A DNA stretch of 64,000 nucleotides from Takakia lepidozioides (lineage: Eukaryota > Plantae > Bryophyta), in contig CM060733.1 of NCBI GenBank assembly GCA_030704615.1, forward strand, positions 34,658,001-34,722,000. Reading direction: 5' to 3'. The notes under the pieces were generated by a model. The model was not told where the DNA came from. It saw nothing but the letters and a program-made list of their open reading frames with translations, and did not search any database. How positions within the stretch are numbered: the stretch's first letter is position 1; the number at the start of each line of letters is the position of its first letter. This document shows, piece after piece, positions 1-12,309 of this stretch. Position numbers and translations under genes: made by a program.

Positions 1-2429
1 GGAAGACAACTTTCATCACAGACTGGGGTGCTTATGCATACAAAGTCATGCCTTTTGGACTTTGTAATGCACCAGCAACCTTTCAGAGAGTGATAAGTGA
101 ATCTTTTCATGAGTATCTGGATGATTTCATGCAGTGTTCTTGGATGATTTCAGTGTGTACAGCTCTAAGAATGAGCACTTGCATAAATTGGAGTTATGTT
201 TGGCCAGATGCAGGATGAGAGGTCTGGGCCTGAATCCAGAGAAGTACTTTCTGTGTGAACTCAGGGGTGCTTTGGGACACATTGTGTGTAAGAGGGACTT
301 CTTGTGGATCCCAGGAAGACAGAGGCCATTAAAGCCTCTCCACCACCAGTAAATGTTAAGAGTCTAAGGAGATTCCTTGACAAACCAGTTATACAGAAGA
401 TTTGTCAAAAGTATGCACAGATAGCAGCACCATTGAGCAAGCTTCTGAAGAAAGATGCAGTGTTTGCATGGACAGCTGAATGTCAACAGGCTTTTGAGGA
501 ACTTACATTGTCAGTAACAACTACACCTGTGCTGATTAACCCTCACTGGCATGTAGTATTTCATGTTCACTGTGATGCCTCAGGAGAAGCGTTGGGAGCG
601 GTGTTAGCCCAAAATGTTACAGGAAATATAGATTCACCTGTGTACTATGCTAGCAGGTTGATGAACAGTGCTGAAAGGAACTATAGCACAACTGAAAGAG
701 AAGCACTGGCAATGATTTATGCAGTCAAGAAATTCAGGCATTACCTATTGGGAAGAAAGTTTATGTTTTATGTGGATCACCAGGCTCTGATATATCTGGT
801 GAACAAACCTTTGATAAGTGGAAGGATAGCAAGGTGTTAATAATCTTGCACAAGTTTGAGTTCGAAGTTGTTTACAAGCCTGGCCGTTTGCATCTTGTGG
901 TAGATCATTTGTCACGCCTAACAACAGGAGAGTCCACCACAGGAGTAGACGACCAATTACCTGATGCGAGTTTATTTGCAATGGAGGTGCAGGGAAGTGC
1001 AGATGAATGGTTAGATTGGCAGTGGCCAATCAGATACTACCTTACTCATGGTCAGTTCCCACCTAGTTATGGTAAGGAGCAGAGGAAGAGAATCGCTATC
1101 AAGGCTTTACCTTATACTATGGTAGGGGGCAGAATGTATAAGCTAGGACCTGGTGGAGTACTTAAACGATGCTTGTATCACCATGAAGTAAATAAAGTTT
1201 TGGAGGAAGTTCATAAAGGAGTGGCTGGAGGACATTTTGGAGAAGAGACTACCAGTAGGAAGATACTACTTGCAGGTTACTAGTGGCCTACTTTGTTCAA
1301 AGATGTACACAAGTATTGTCAGAGTTGTGATGAATGTCAGAGGCTAGGACCTTTGCAGAGATCCAGGAAGATGGCTTTGCATCCTACGATGCCTACTGAA
1401 CCATTTCAGAAATGGGGACTAGACTTTGTTGGACCAATTAACCCACCAGCCAAGAATACACAGAACAAGTACATAATTACAGCCACTGATTATACTACGA
1501 AGTGGGTGGAAGCTCAAGCTCTGAGGGACAACACAGCCAAGTCCACAGCAAGGTTCCTGTATAAGAACATACTTACACGATTTGGCTGTCCCCTGGAATT
1601 TATCAGTGACAGGGAAGTCACTTCATTAATGAGACCATTGAACTATTGACTAAAGAGTTCATGATTGTGCATAGGAAAAGTACAACATATTACCCACAGG
1701 GTAATGGGCAGGCAGAGGCTACCAACAAAATACTATGTACTATCTTGGCTAAGATAGTCAATGCAAACAACGGATTGGGATACAAAGCTGCTGACAGCTT
1801 TGTGGTCATACATGACTTCATATAAAGTCACCACTACACCATTCCAATTAGTTTATGGTATGGAAGCTTTACTTCCAGTGGAATTCTTGTTACCTACCAT
1901 GAGAACTGAATGGGGAAAGAGAATGGAATTGGAAGATTCAATTAAGGTCAGGAAACATGAATTATACCATGTGGAAGAAGTACGTGCTGATGCAGCTAAT
2001 AACATGACCAGAATTCAGATGAAGAGGAAGGAACAGTTTGATGAAGGCAAATTAAAGACTTTTAAGACGAGAGATTTGGTTCTCTGGTTGCAGAAGAAGG
2101 GGAAGATTAAAGCTTCTAAGCTTAAATCACCATGGAAAGGACCTTATGTCATACAGAAGATGTATGATAACAACACCGCCATGTTACAAACCATTAACAA
2201 AGAGATGTTGGGAAGAGTCAATGCCAATAAGTTGAAGGGGTACAGTGGTATCCATGACAAACCATTGCAGCACGATTTGCATGTTGAAACGCAAAAGCAG
2301 TCACGGGCTACGCCAGTGATACCAACAGAGTATGGAGCACTTGTCGTTAAGCCGAGCGTGTATGACCAAGGCGGGAAGTACAAGTGTCACACAGCCTATC
2401 ACAGCCCATCACAGTGTCACACAGTCTAA
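1..2429 (+). pseudogene. pol: Gypsy pol (RT-RNase H-integrase), frameshifted with in-frame stops
   Basis: ORFs 134-352, 304-840, 834-1283, 1293-1649 and 1761-2429 carry consecutive RT/RH/INT motifs, ending in a GPY/F-type motif (SPWKGPYVI). Confidence 0.93.
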
Positions 2430-2445
2430 AAGACAGAGGCGGGGT

Positions 2446-5164
2446 ATGACTATAGTGGCGGATCCACTGGCATCACGGAAACCGCACGATGATGTTTCCC
2501 AAGCTCTTGTGCAGGATGGGGCACAGCAGCACAGAAGGCTGTTATTATTGGAAGCACGGCCTTTGGAGAGGGAAGAGGAAGTCAATTCAATACCACAACC
2601 ACCACAACCAATTGACTCAGTTGTTTTAGAGGTTCCACAGTTAGTACATGTTGTGACATCACCCCCAATTGCTCTGGAAGGAGAAAGGTTGGACATTCCC
2701 ACTACAGAGCAGGTCGTGGCCGAAATTGAGAAGGGTGACCTTCTCTATGAAAACTCTGGCTTGGTAAGGGAATCAGTGGTTCCAGAGGTGCAGCGGTTGT
2801 CAAGGGAAAACCCTGCTGTGCATGTAATACCCACACCTGTGATGGAGGTACCAAGGGTAGAATATCAAGACACTGCAGCACCTGTGGAGGATGAGGTGGC
2901 TCAGGAAGAGAATCTGGTGGGGCAATGGCTTGAATGGTTGATGAGGCATCACACTGTGGAGGATCAGGGAGAACGGCAGTAAGTTCACCATGATGACCCT
3001 CAGCAGGCCATGCTTATGAGTTCCATAAGCAGAACATTTAATTTGTTGGGCACTTATGTGAAATCCCATGTTCCATCTACCCAATTAGCAGCTTTGAGGG
3101 AGGAACTCAGGAAGGAGTTTGAGGCTCGAATTGCCACTGAGTGTACTAACAAGGTAGATGAGGAGGTCAATCTCAAGTTACAACAAGAGTTGGAGGACAC
3201 AAAGGCTGCTTTGCAGTTGGCCAAGGGACATTTGATTGAAGCAGGCCTCGAGCATGACCAGTTGCATGAAGCACATAAACAACAATTATACCAAATGCAA
3301 GTGAAGCATGAGGACAAGTTGCAAGAAGTGAATGTACTACATACAGAGTTGCAGGCAGTACATGAGAAGATGACCATACAATGTGCTACACTCACAACTA
3401 CTCTTGAGCAAATTGCATTAGAAGTTAACAGACAAGGGGAGAGATGTATGAAGGCAGAAGCAGAGATAATAGAGCAAGCAAAACTCATTGTTGATATGAA
3501 GAATACAATCTGTCGCAATGAGAATACTTTCAAACAATACAGACAGGTTGAGGCTGACCAGGAGAGGTACATCTTGGAGTTGCAACAAACAGTCATGGTC
3601 AATAGAAATGAACTCTCTGTCGCTAACAAGGCTTGGAAGGAAGCCAATAATCTGGCTGCTGCCTATGCGAGTCTGGTTGAACCTCATGCGAAGCGCATGG
3701 AGGCTTTACAGCAGCAGTTAGATGTGTACAGACTCACGGAGGAGCAGACTCTCAGGGGTGCCACACGACTTGGTGGATAACCACCTTATGCAGGTCTGGT
3801 TAGCACAAGGGCCGGTGGAAGGCAAAGCACCACGAAAGCTCACCCAGGGCGAGATGAATGAGCTCAGACTGCAGGTGCAGAACATTGTCACAATTACTAT
3901 AGACAATGTCTATAGTAGGATAGCGGAGCTACAAGAGGATGTAGAAGGCCTGCAGACTCAGGTGGATGACCTGAGTCAAATATTGACAAGAGAGTCTTTG
4001 TACCTGAGGAGCAGCTGATGGCTACTTATTTACATGCCAGGACTCTAATTTTTCAGTCTTCTTCGCAAGGGGTGTAGGAGATGCCAGTGGTAGAAGGGCC
4101 AGTGGTACCAATACCACAGCAAGTGACTGTGCAGGTTACTACAGCCACACCACAGCCTGAGGTATGGGGGGATGCTGCTTTTAACCCACCTAAGACTCCT
4201 GCTGCACGGAGTACAGTCGGGCTATGATTATGCCCTTCAACCAAATTCCCATTGTGTTGGATTTGGCTTGGAAGGAATTTAGTCCTCCGCAATCGTTGGC
4301 ACATGACTACCAGATCATGCGCATTTGGCTGCCAGTGGCACTAGGACTAAGGTTTTCCGAACAATCGACCCATTGAGGATCATCACTTTGCGAGGTACTG
4401 GTCTGAAGCAGGTCCATGTTGAAGGAATTAATTGCCTTCCAAGTTGTACATGGGTACATTTATACCAAGACCAATGAGGTATCAAGTATTGTCATGGGCT
4501 GTGGATTATACTATGCTGCTTGTTTTCTGGCATGTTATCACATTGAGCAGCAGAGGATGCAATCCCGATTTCTGAGTTATTCCAGTGGAGATCATTGGGT
4601 CTTACCTTCAGTGCCACCTCATATGTACCTATATGATGCAAAAATTATGATGCAGAAGGATTCCCAACTTCGTTTATGGTTTCATTCGGCTTGGAACAAT
4701 TTAACAACACAGAAATTTGGCCCTGAGGATATTTTCTTTAAGGGACATGAGGCATGGAAATACTTACACTGTTCCAAAATCATTGGCACACCCTTACCTA
4801 TACAGATAAGGAGTTGAGGACGTTCACTAATTTTGCTTGCCAGCGCTTACAACAAGTTGTACAATTTAAACTTCCAGATATGGTCGGACCACATTGTATG
4901 CCACACAGGATTCCACTTAAAGTTCGGCCGTTAAAACACCTAAGGGGAGACGAGGATTCTGATACTACTGTTTCTTCAGCGGACTCTTTTGACATGACAG
5001 AGGACTATGCACTTCAGATGGCAGAGAAGAAACGACGGGGATCTCCTATGCCTGAGAGGTTACCTCGTTATCAGCCAAAGGAGGGTCAGACATTTCCAGG
5101 TAGTGCTCAATCATCTCCGTCAACCAGTGACAGGACTCGAGCTCGCACACGGAGTCCTTCATGA
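2446..5164 (+). pseudogene. Additional sense ORF between pol and the 3' LTR (~900 codons when repaired): acidic/Pro-rich N-terminus, long coiled coil, aromatic-rich C-terminal domain; function unknown
   Basis: ORF pieces 2332-2982, 3010-3780, 3722-4018, 4416-4817 and 4754-5164. The inverted copy (60102-60743, 59619-60059, 51552-52226) reads through several of the breaks. Confidence 0.7.
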
Positions 5165-5260
5165 GACTCTCACCGTCAGAAGGGTGCTCGCTCACAAAGG
5201 TTTGCTAATCCCAAACAGTAAACCGTGAGGACACGGCTTTTTGAGAGAGGGAGGGATAAA

Positions 5261-5929
5261 TGTTAGAGGGTTGCTTGGGACTTAGACGCTTTTACGGGTT
5301 CTGTGGGTACCCTTAATTTTTGCGCAGACTGAGACCAACAGAGCCTTAGGGGTGGCAGCAGCAGGCTTTAAGGGGGTATACAGCCCGACACAGCCCGACA
5401 CACTAGCCAGTCACAGCCTTACACAGCCAGTCACAGCTCGCACAGCTTGACATAGCCTGTCACAGTACATGGGGAACAGTTATCATTGACATGGAACGAC
5501 TATGAGGGAACGACATCTGCAGATGGAACGTGTTACTTCAGGGATGACATTTAGTTAGTTAGGTGGTTAGAACAGCTTGCGGGCAGATAAGGAGAGCGGC
5601 AACGGAAAGAGGATCACTTCACAGGGAGCGCTTCTGGATCATGGGAAGAGGAGATCAGGCGGAGAGCAAGAACGAGAGCACAGAGAAGGAGGAAAGATGA
5701 ACAGTAGATGCTTATTACATGCAGAGCTGTAGTGATACTGTAGGGCGGATTAGAGTCACCATGGCATTGGCCTGATACCTGATAAATCATAATCTGATAC
5801 TTATTCGATACAATCACACTGTGTAGAGAGACATGAGTGAAGCTGTGAAATGAATGCATGATTAACTGGAACTAAGTAGATACTGAAGCAATCTATTGCT
5901 TCAATATCAGATAAGGTAAATTGATAACA
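5261..5929 (+). repeat. 3' LTR of the Gypsy element
   Basis: Starts TGTTAG directly after purine tract GAGAGAGGGAGGGATAAA and ends TAACA (5-bp terminal inverted repeat); LINE-like coding sequence follows. Confidence 0.8.
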
Positions 5930-6360
5930 TGAAGGTAAGAAGGAATACAAATGGGAAGCACAACCATGATTCACTAGCTGCAGGTCATGACTGATAGTAC
6001 TGAGCGGGCTGAGTGCTTAGAGATATCCAACTCTTCTATCTTGGAGTTTCCACCTCGGATAGCGAAGGGATGGATGAGTAAAAGCCGTTCGACACAAGAC
6101 GTTGGTCTTCAATGGCTTCGTGAGGGGGAATCTCATACGCTGCTAGGTCACAAGATTGGCATAAATCTGTCCCAGGGGAGCAGAATGAAGAGTGTAAAGA
6201 TCTCTCGCCCACTAGAGCTCATCTATGCTATCAATCGTTGGTGGAGCACTGGTGGTTTTCTGCAGCGGTCTGGGATCCAGGTACCACAATGGTGAATGAG
6301 ATCATAGCTCTCATTCAGAATTTTTTTTGGGGTGCTACCACTCAATCCCCTGTGAGGCAA
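5930..6360 (+). mobile_element. L1-type LINE ORF2 fragment (post-RT region), piece 1
   Basis: Degenerate LLGHKIG and ALIQNFFWG motifs; joins RALVSWEQLC at 11498 once the CACTA is removed. Confidence 0.6.
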
Positions 6361-7102
6361 AACTAGAAGAAAAACGCGGAATAACCACTGGCCCCCTTAA
6401 CCACTCTTGTCTGTTACCACTCTATAAATCACTCAAGTAATGGTAACCACTGGCCAGTGGTTAATTCCGATGAAATGCCATGGTGGCATCATATGGAGTG
6501 GTTGGAAGTGGTTTCAACCACTAAGTAATCCATGTGTAATATTTAATTTTATATTTATTATTCGATATTTGGTCAAATATTTATATTAATAATGATAATA
6601 TCCGACATGGACGGGTACAGTGATAAATTATGAGTGGTTAAAGACACCTCAGTGATGGGAAGTGGTTGAAACCACTTTTCTACTCCACGTGTAATAATTT
6701 TTTTTTTTTAGATTTTTATCATTTCAAAATATATTATTCCACGTGGATGGGGACAATATACGTAGATCTGGAGTGGTTAAAGACCCCCATTGATTGGTAC
6801 CACTTTGAGAGTGGTGTAGAGTGAGTGACCATTTAGTAACTGGAACCACTCGGTCAGTGGTTACGCATGAGTGATTACATACACACCAGTGATTGGTATT
6901 ACTTCTGTGGTGATACTTGAAAAACTTTAGTGGTTTGTGTGTTGATGGAAAACCCAAAATCCATCCATGTATCGCTATTCATCCATCCAGTCATGACTAG
7001 AGGGGACTTAGCGTTTTTTTGTTTTCCCTGCCACTGTGGCATTTGTTTGTTTTCTTTGTGTCGATTTGTTTTCTTATAATGTCAAGTCTGATCATGAGAG
7101 AC

Positions 7103-7470
7103 GACGAGCGGAGCTGGTGGGATAGGGGCAGACAAGGACTCAAGACCTAGAATCGGGGCATGAAGGCGTGCACGATGGTGGGACAACCGTGATCGCAAGG
7201 TGTGGCTTTTTCTCAATGTACAATGACGAGCGGAGCTGGTGGGATAGGGGGCAGACAGGGACTCAAGACGTAGAATCGGGGCATGAAGGCATGCACGATG
7301 GTGGGACAACCGCGATCGCAAGGTGTGGCTTTTCTCAATGTACAATGACGAGCGGAGTTGGTGGGATAGGGGGCAGACAGGGACTCAAGCCCTAGAATCG
7401 GGGCATGAAGGCATGCACGATGGTGGGACAACCGCGATCACAAGGTGTGGCTTTTTCTCAATGTACGATG
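7103..7470. repeat. Tandem array of ~122-bp units (3 copies) inside the CACTA element
   Basis: Unit starts GACGAGCGGAG(C/T)TGGTGGGATAGGGG at ~7103, 7225 and 7347; 4 copies in the mirror at ~48970-49460. Confidence 0.9.
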
Positions 7471-7999
7471 TGAAGAAGTTTGTCCATCCTGCAAATGCGG
7501 TTCTTGGCTCCTATTAGACGTACCATGATTTCATATTCTTCTGATGTTTACAAGGTTTTGGGAAAGTCAGGCTGGTCTTAGCAGGTTGTGTTTCAAGGTC
7601 GTGTTTCAATCTCTGCTCGCTCAGCTGCACCGTGGTGGTTCTCATGGACCAATCCGCCATTACCAGACTACAGACACAAGCAGCACACACAAGAGGTCCG
7701 TTTGGGTTCATGGGGAGTCAAATCCTCCATGGGTCATGACACAAGGTCGAGGACAATGTGGTGAGGGCACCTTCTTCTTTGACCTATTTCAGAGCTTGCA
7801 TGAGTTTTTTACCGATCCTTGCCGATGGTGGGACAATTGCAATAAGGTGTGGCTTTTCCTTAATGTAGGATGTGAAGAAGTTTGTCCATCCTGCAAATGT
7901 GGGCTTTTGGCTTCTGTTAGTACGGTCTTCTTCCTGATGTTTACAAGGTTCTTGGGAGAATCAGCTTGGTCTTAGCAGCCCGCTGATTCATTTCCTGAT

Positions 8000-8520
8000 T
8001 CAACCTATTTCAGCCTGTTTTGCCCTCTTATCAGACTCGGGCCTGATATGCATATTGAATTCTGTAAGTTAGCTCGTTGGTGCAAGAGAGAGAGTTAGCT
8101 TGGTCTTAGCAGGCCGTGAGGGCACCTTCTTCTTCAACCTATTTAAGCCTGTTTTGCCCTCTTATCAGACTCAGGCCTGATATGCATATTGAATTATGTT
8201 AAGTTAGCTCGTCAGTGCAAGAGAGAGAGTCAGGTTGGTCTTAGCAGGCCGTGAGGGCACCTTCTTCTTCAACCTATTTCAGCCTGTTTTGCCCTCTTAT
8301 CAAACTCGAGCCTGATATGCATATTGAATTATGTAAGTTAGCTCGTTGGTGCTAGAGAGAGAGTCAACTTGGTCTTAGCAGGCCGTGAGGGCACCTTCTT
8401 CTTCAATCTATTTCAGCTTGTTTTGCCCTCTTATCAAACTCGGGCCTGATATGTATATTGAAATCTGTAAGATAGCTCGTTGGTGCAAGAGAGAGAGTCA
8501 ACTTGGTCTTAGCAGGCCGT
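8000..8520. repeat. Tandem array of ~128-bp units (about 4 copies) inside the CACTA element
   Basis: Unit TTCAACCTATTTCAGCCTGTTTTGCCCTCTTATCAGACTC...TGGTCTTAGCAGGCCGTGAGGGCACCTTC repeats; mirror at ~47950-48435. Confidence 0.9.
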
Positions 8521-11497
8521 GCCTTGTTCAAAGCTGGAATTGTACATAATGTCATTCTGAACACTGCCTGCCAGCTCTGGAAAAGGGGAAAGAGGTCGAC
8601 ATGTTTGCAAAATGAAGGCCTTGCTTGGTGCCTGCAGAATCCATGGCAATGTGAAGATGGCTGAGCGTGCGGCATGAAGGTACCTTCTTCAATACATTTC
8701 ACCCTGTTTTTCCCTGTTACCAGAGTAGTCCCTAAATTTTCATGTAGAAGTTAGCTCGTTCGTCATGTGAGGTTGCATGAGTTTTATACCGATCCTTCAT
8801 GATGGTGGGACAACCGCAATCACCAGGTGTGGCTTTTCTTAATGTACGATGTTAAGAAGTTCGTCCATCCTGCAAAGGTGGGCTCTTGACTCCTGTGAGT
8901 ACCATGATTTGGTATTCTTCCTAATGTTTACAAGGTTCTTGGGAGAGTCAGCTTGCAGGTCTTAGCAGGCCGTGTTTCAATCTCTGCCTACTCAGCTGCA
9001 CCGTGGTGGTTCTCACAGACCAATCCGACATTATCTGACTACAGACAAACAACACACACAAGAGGTCATTTTGGGTTGATGGTCGGTCAAATTCTCCATG
9101 GGTGAAGGACAATGTGGTGAGGGCACGTTTTAGCCTGTTTTTCCCTCTCATGATCAGACTTGGCCCTGAGATGCATGTTGAATTCTGCATGGGTGATAAG
9201 TAGGGTTGGGTGTTTGCTGGAACAATTGTAGGCTGTCATTGTCAGCCGCTAGTAGCAAGGGAAAGATGTATGCATGATTTGTGCAGAGCTTGGATAGCTG
9301 AGGGAGCAAGGGTAGAGTCTAGCCGGTCCAGATTCATCCAAGAGGGCGGGACTTCAAGCTCACGATTACCTATAATTCCCTGTGGATCGATAGCTGCAAG
9401 AAACTTGCATGGGTAGATGGTCAACTGGAAGCCGCAGCAGCAGCGGCACAATTGATAAAATTAGGCACTGCTCATGAAGGCACCTTCTTCAACACATTTT
9501 CACCTTGTTTTTCCTCTTATCAGAATTGACCCTAAATTTTCATGTTGAATTCTGCAAGTTAGCTGGTTGAGTGAACCTTTGATAGTTTGGAGTGACTTTG
9601 ACATGGTACTGCCAATGTGACAACAGGGAAGTATCCAGAAACAGGTAACAGCTGAGACGAGGAGAAGCTGTGGAATGAATATTTTTCTGACCCTAGTCAA
9701 TGGTGGGACAATCGAGGCAAAAAGGTGAATGTCTATTGGATTACAGAGAGTAGCAGATGCAATTGACCATCGTGATAAGTTGAGTTGGGTGTTTCTAGAA
9801 CAAATCTAGGCTGTCATTGTTAGGTGCTAGCAACAAGACAATGATGTATGCATGATTTGTGTAGCGGCATGGATAGCTGAAGGAGCAGGGATAGAGTCTG
9901 GGTGCAGATTCATCCAAGATGGCCGAACTTCAAGCTCCAGATTACCTATGATTCCATGTGGATCAATAGCTACAAGAAACCTGCTGCATGGGTAGATGGT
10001 CAACTAAAGGTAGCAGCTGCAGCGGCACAGTTGATAAAATCAGGCACCTCAACCATGACCACAGCTTCTGAAAGAGGATCAAGAGAGGTGGCTGAACGAG
10101 ATGTGTGTTTTGGAGTGCCATGATTGCAAGGTATGTGCAGCATGGGTATGGGATTAATGCTTTGGAAACCTAGGAGCAAATGATGTGGGATGGGATGAAG
10201 CAAGACCAGGTCATGTTTATTGTGTTTTGTAATATACATATGGGAGCCTAGCAGCCCTGGGAAGGGGCAAAGAGCTTCATGGTGACATTATCAAAGCTGG
10301 AACTTTGTACCAGATGTCATTCTGAACATTCCCCTGGTGTACATCTACATCAAATGTGAGCCTGGCAGCCCTGGCTAGAGAAGAACATGAAGAGGGCTTA
10401 CAAATTCGTTCGTCCGGGCGTAGACATTGCTGGCAATGAGAAGAAGGCAGGAAAGCAGTTCAGTGTTCCTAGCATGCATGCGGAGACGCCGTGTAGAAGT
10501 TAGGCTCAGACTTTTATCATGGCTGGATTTTGTTGACAGTGTTCCAGCACTTACTCTCTGGGATTTTATTTTATTTTGTGGAGCTTGAATCCCCAATGGT
10601 ACTTCTTTCACCACAATAGTGGTATGTGTTCCTCTAGTCATGTTCATAATCACTTGCACGCCATTGTAATAGTGGTATAATTTTAAAACTGTAAGAGTAG
10701 CCAAATACACACAATTGCCTCCATTACCACTCTTGTAGTGGTATAAGTAATCACCTATATTTTACTGTATTAGTGGTATGAATTCATCCAATGGTATTCC
10801 TAATCACTTACACACCACTCTGTTAGTAATCATTCCAATCCATAGTTCCCACTGAGAGAGACACCATGGATGATTCAAATAGCTTACATACCACTATGTG
10901 GGTAATCATTCCAATGACCTGCTGAGAGACGTCATCCACTCACATAACCACGGTTTGAGTAATATTGTATATTCTCAGTTTTCATAGAATGACTCTGTGA
11001 GTCATTTCGCGATCACTCAACAAGTGGTTTCGGAAGTCATTGAATTTTTCACTCCATCCATTTCGTAGCACCGACACAGGACACGTGTCCATGCTGAGAG
11101 TGTCGCCACGTGTCAACATAATCTCCAATATCATCCACGGACCACTGACTTCCACGTGTCCACTTGAAAACGGAAGTGGTTACTTACCACTATGACACGT
11201 CAATTTACCACTGTGACACGTCAGAAGTGGTTGGTTTATCTCAATGACACGCCATTGACACGTCACATTGGTGAGTTTACACGTCACAGTGGTTAATTTA
11301 CCACTGTGACATGTAGTGAACAGGTGGACCCGGACGTGAGTGGTTCGAACCACTGTCCTCAACCACTGATGCCACATAATGTCTTTTACCACTCACTTGT
11401 CCTAATCCACTGGTTCTTGGGGCCAGAGTGGTTTAGTGTCTTTTACCACTCAAAATGAGTGGTTAACATAGTGGTTATTCCACGTTTTCTTCTAGTG

Positions 11498-12309
11498 CGA
11501 GCTCTTGTTTCTTGGGAGCAACTATGTCAGCCCAAAAAGAAAGGAGGCCTGGGTATTTTGGATCCTACAACGCAAATCAAGGCACTTTTGACAAAGTGGA
11601 TTCCTAGAACCATTGTTTACTGCCACAGCCCGTGGAGTAAGCTAATCCAACCTTATCTCATGGGGCCCTCCTCATCCCCCGGCCTGTGGGCCCACTCCCT
11701 CTATTGGATTGTTCAAGGAAAGAATACGAAAGTGATCCTGGGACCTCGCCCATGGCAATCTATTTGGGCAGTCTGGCAGTCACTCAGGGATAAACTGGTT
11801 CAAAGAAGACCCGTCTGTTTTGCAGAGGCCTACCGCCAACCCCTTTTTGGGAACAATATACTCAGCTCTGAAAGGTTATCCTTCAAAAACCAAAGTGGGC
11901 TTATTGGGAACATTGTGGTGCATTATTCATTTGCAGCAATATTTGGGAGCAAGACAATTTTCTTCCTGCAGGTATAGTGTCTCAAATTGTGGGCAACAGA
12001 CGTGCTAGTCCCTGCCCAGCTAGACAGCTGCCACAGGCAATGGCGGTAACACGGTCCTACTGGTGCTCTCAATGAATGATAGTTTGGCTTCGGGAATTGC
12101 TTCTGTTGCAGATTGTGAGGGCAGCCTCCTACTTACAGGATCTAGAAACAGTTCATTTATCCGATCAGACTGTTGGATGGGAAGGGGATGGCTAACCCAG
12201 CCCCACCGCTAGGGCAGAAAATGCAATTGCACTCAACCTTCTCTTGGTTTCTTTCTTATCCATTGGCTGCTCTGCAATTTGACCGGGGGAAGAGTTGGAG
12301 TGATGATCT
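11498..12309 (+). mobile_element. L1-type LINE ORF2 fragment, piece 2
   Basis: VSWEQLCQPKKKGGLGILD...KALLTKW motif, typical of plant L1 ORF2 downstream of RT. Confidence 0.85.

Larger units (their letters stand above)
1..5929 (+). mobile_element. Ty3/Gypsy LTR retrotransposon, non-chromovirus type; 3' portion only (5' part lies upstream of the window); decayed
   Basis: Domain order RT (MPFGLCNAPATFQR, FLDD) > RNase H (HCDASG, YSTTEREALA) > integrase (GGHFG, CDECQR, KWGLDFVGP, YYPQGNGQAE) > extra ORF > purine tract 5243-5260 > LTR TGTTA...TAACA. Confidence 0.93.
6361..11497. mobile_element. Non-autonomous CACTA (En/Spm) element, ~5.1 kb
   Basis: TIRs aACTAGAAGAAAAACGCGGAATAACCACT (6361) and AGTGGTTATTCCACGTTTTCTTCTAGTG (ends 11497); 3-bp flanks CAA/CGA; dense subterminal AACCACT and CCACGTG repeats at both ends; interrupts LINE ORF2. 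Confidence 0.85.

Noticed and set aside
3054-3647. Long antisense ORFs over retroelement coding regions (also 28634-28993, 54396-54776, 55217-55762, 59992-60513)
   Set aside because: These are shadow frames of sense ORFs with no recognisable motifs.
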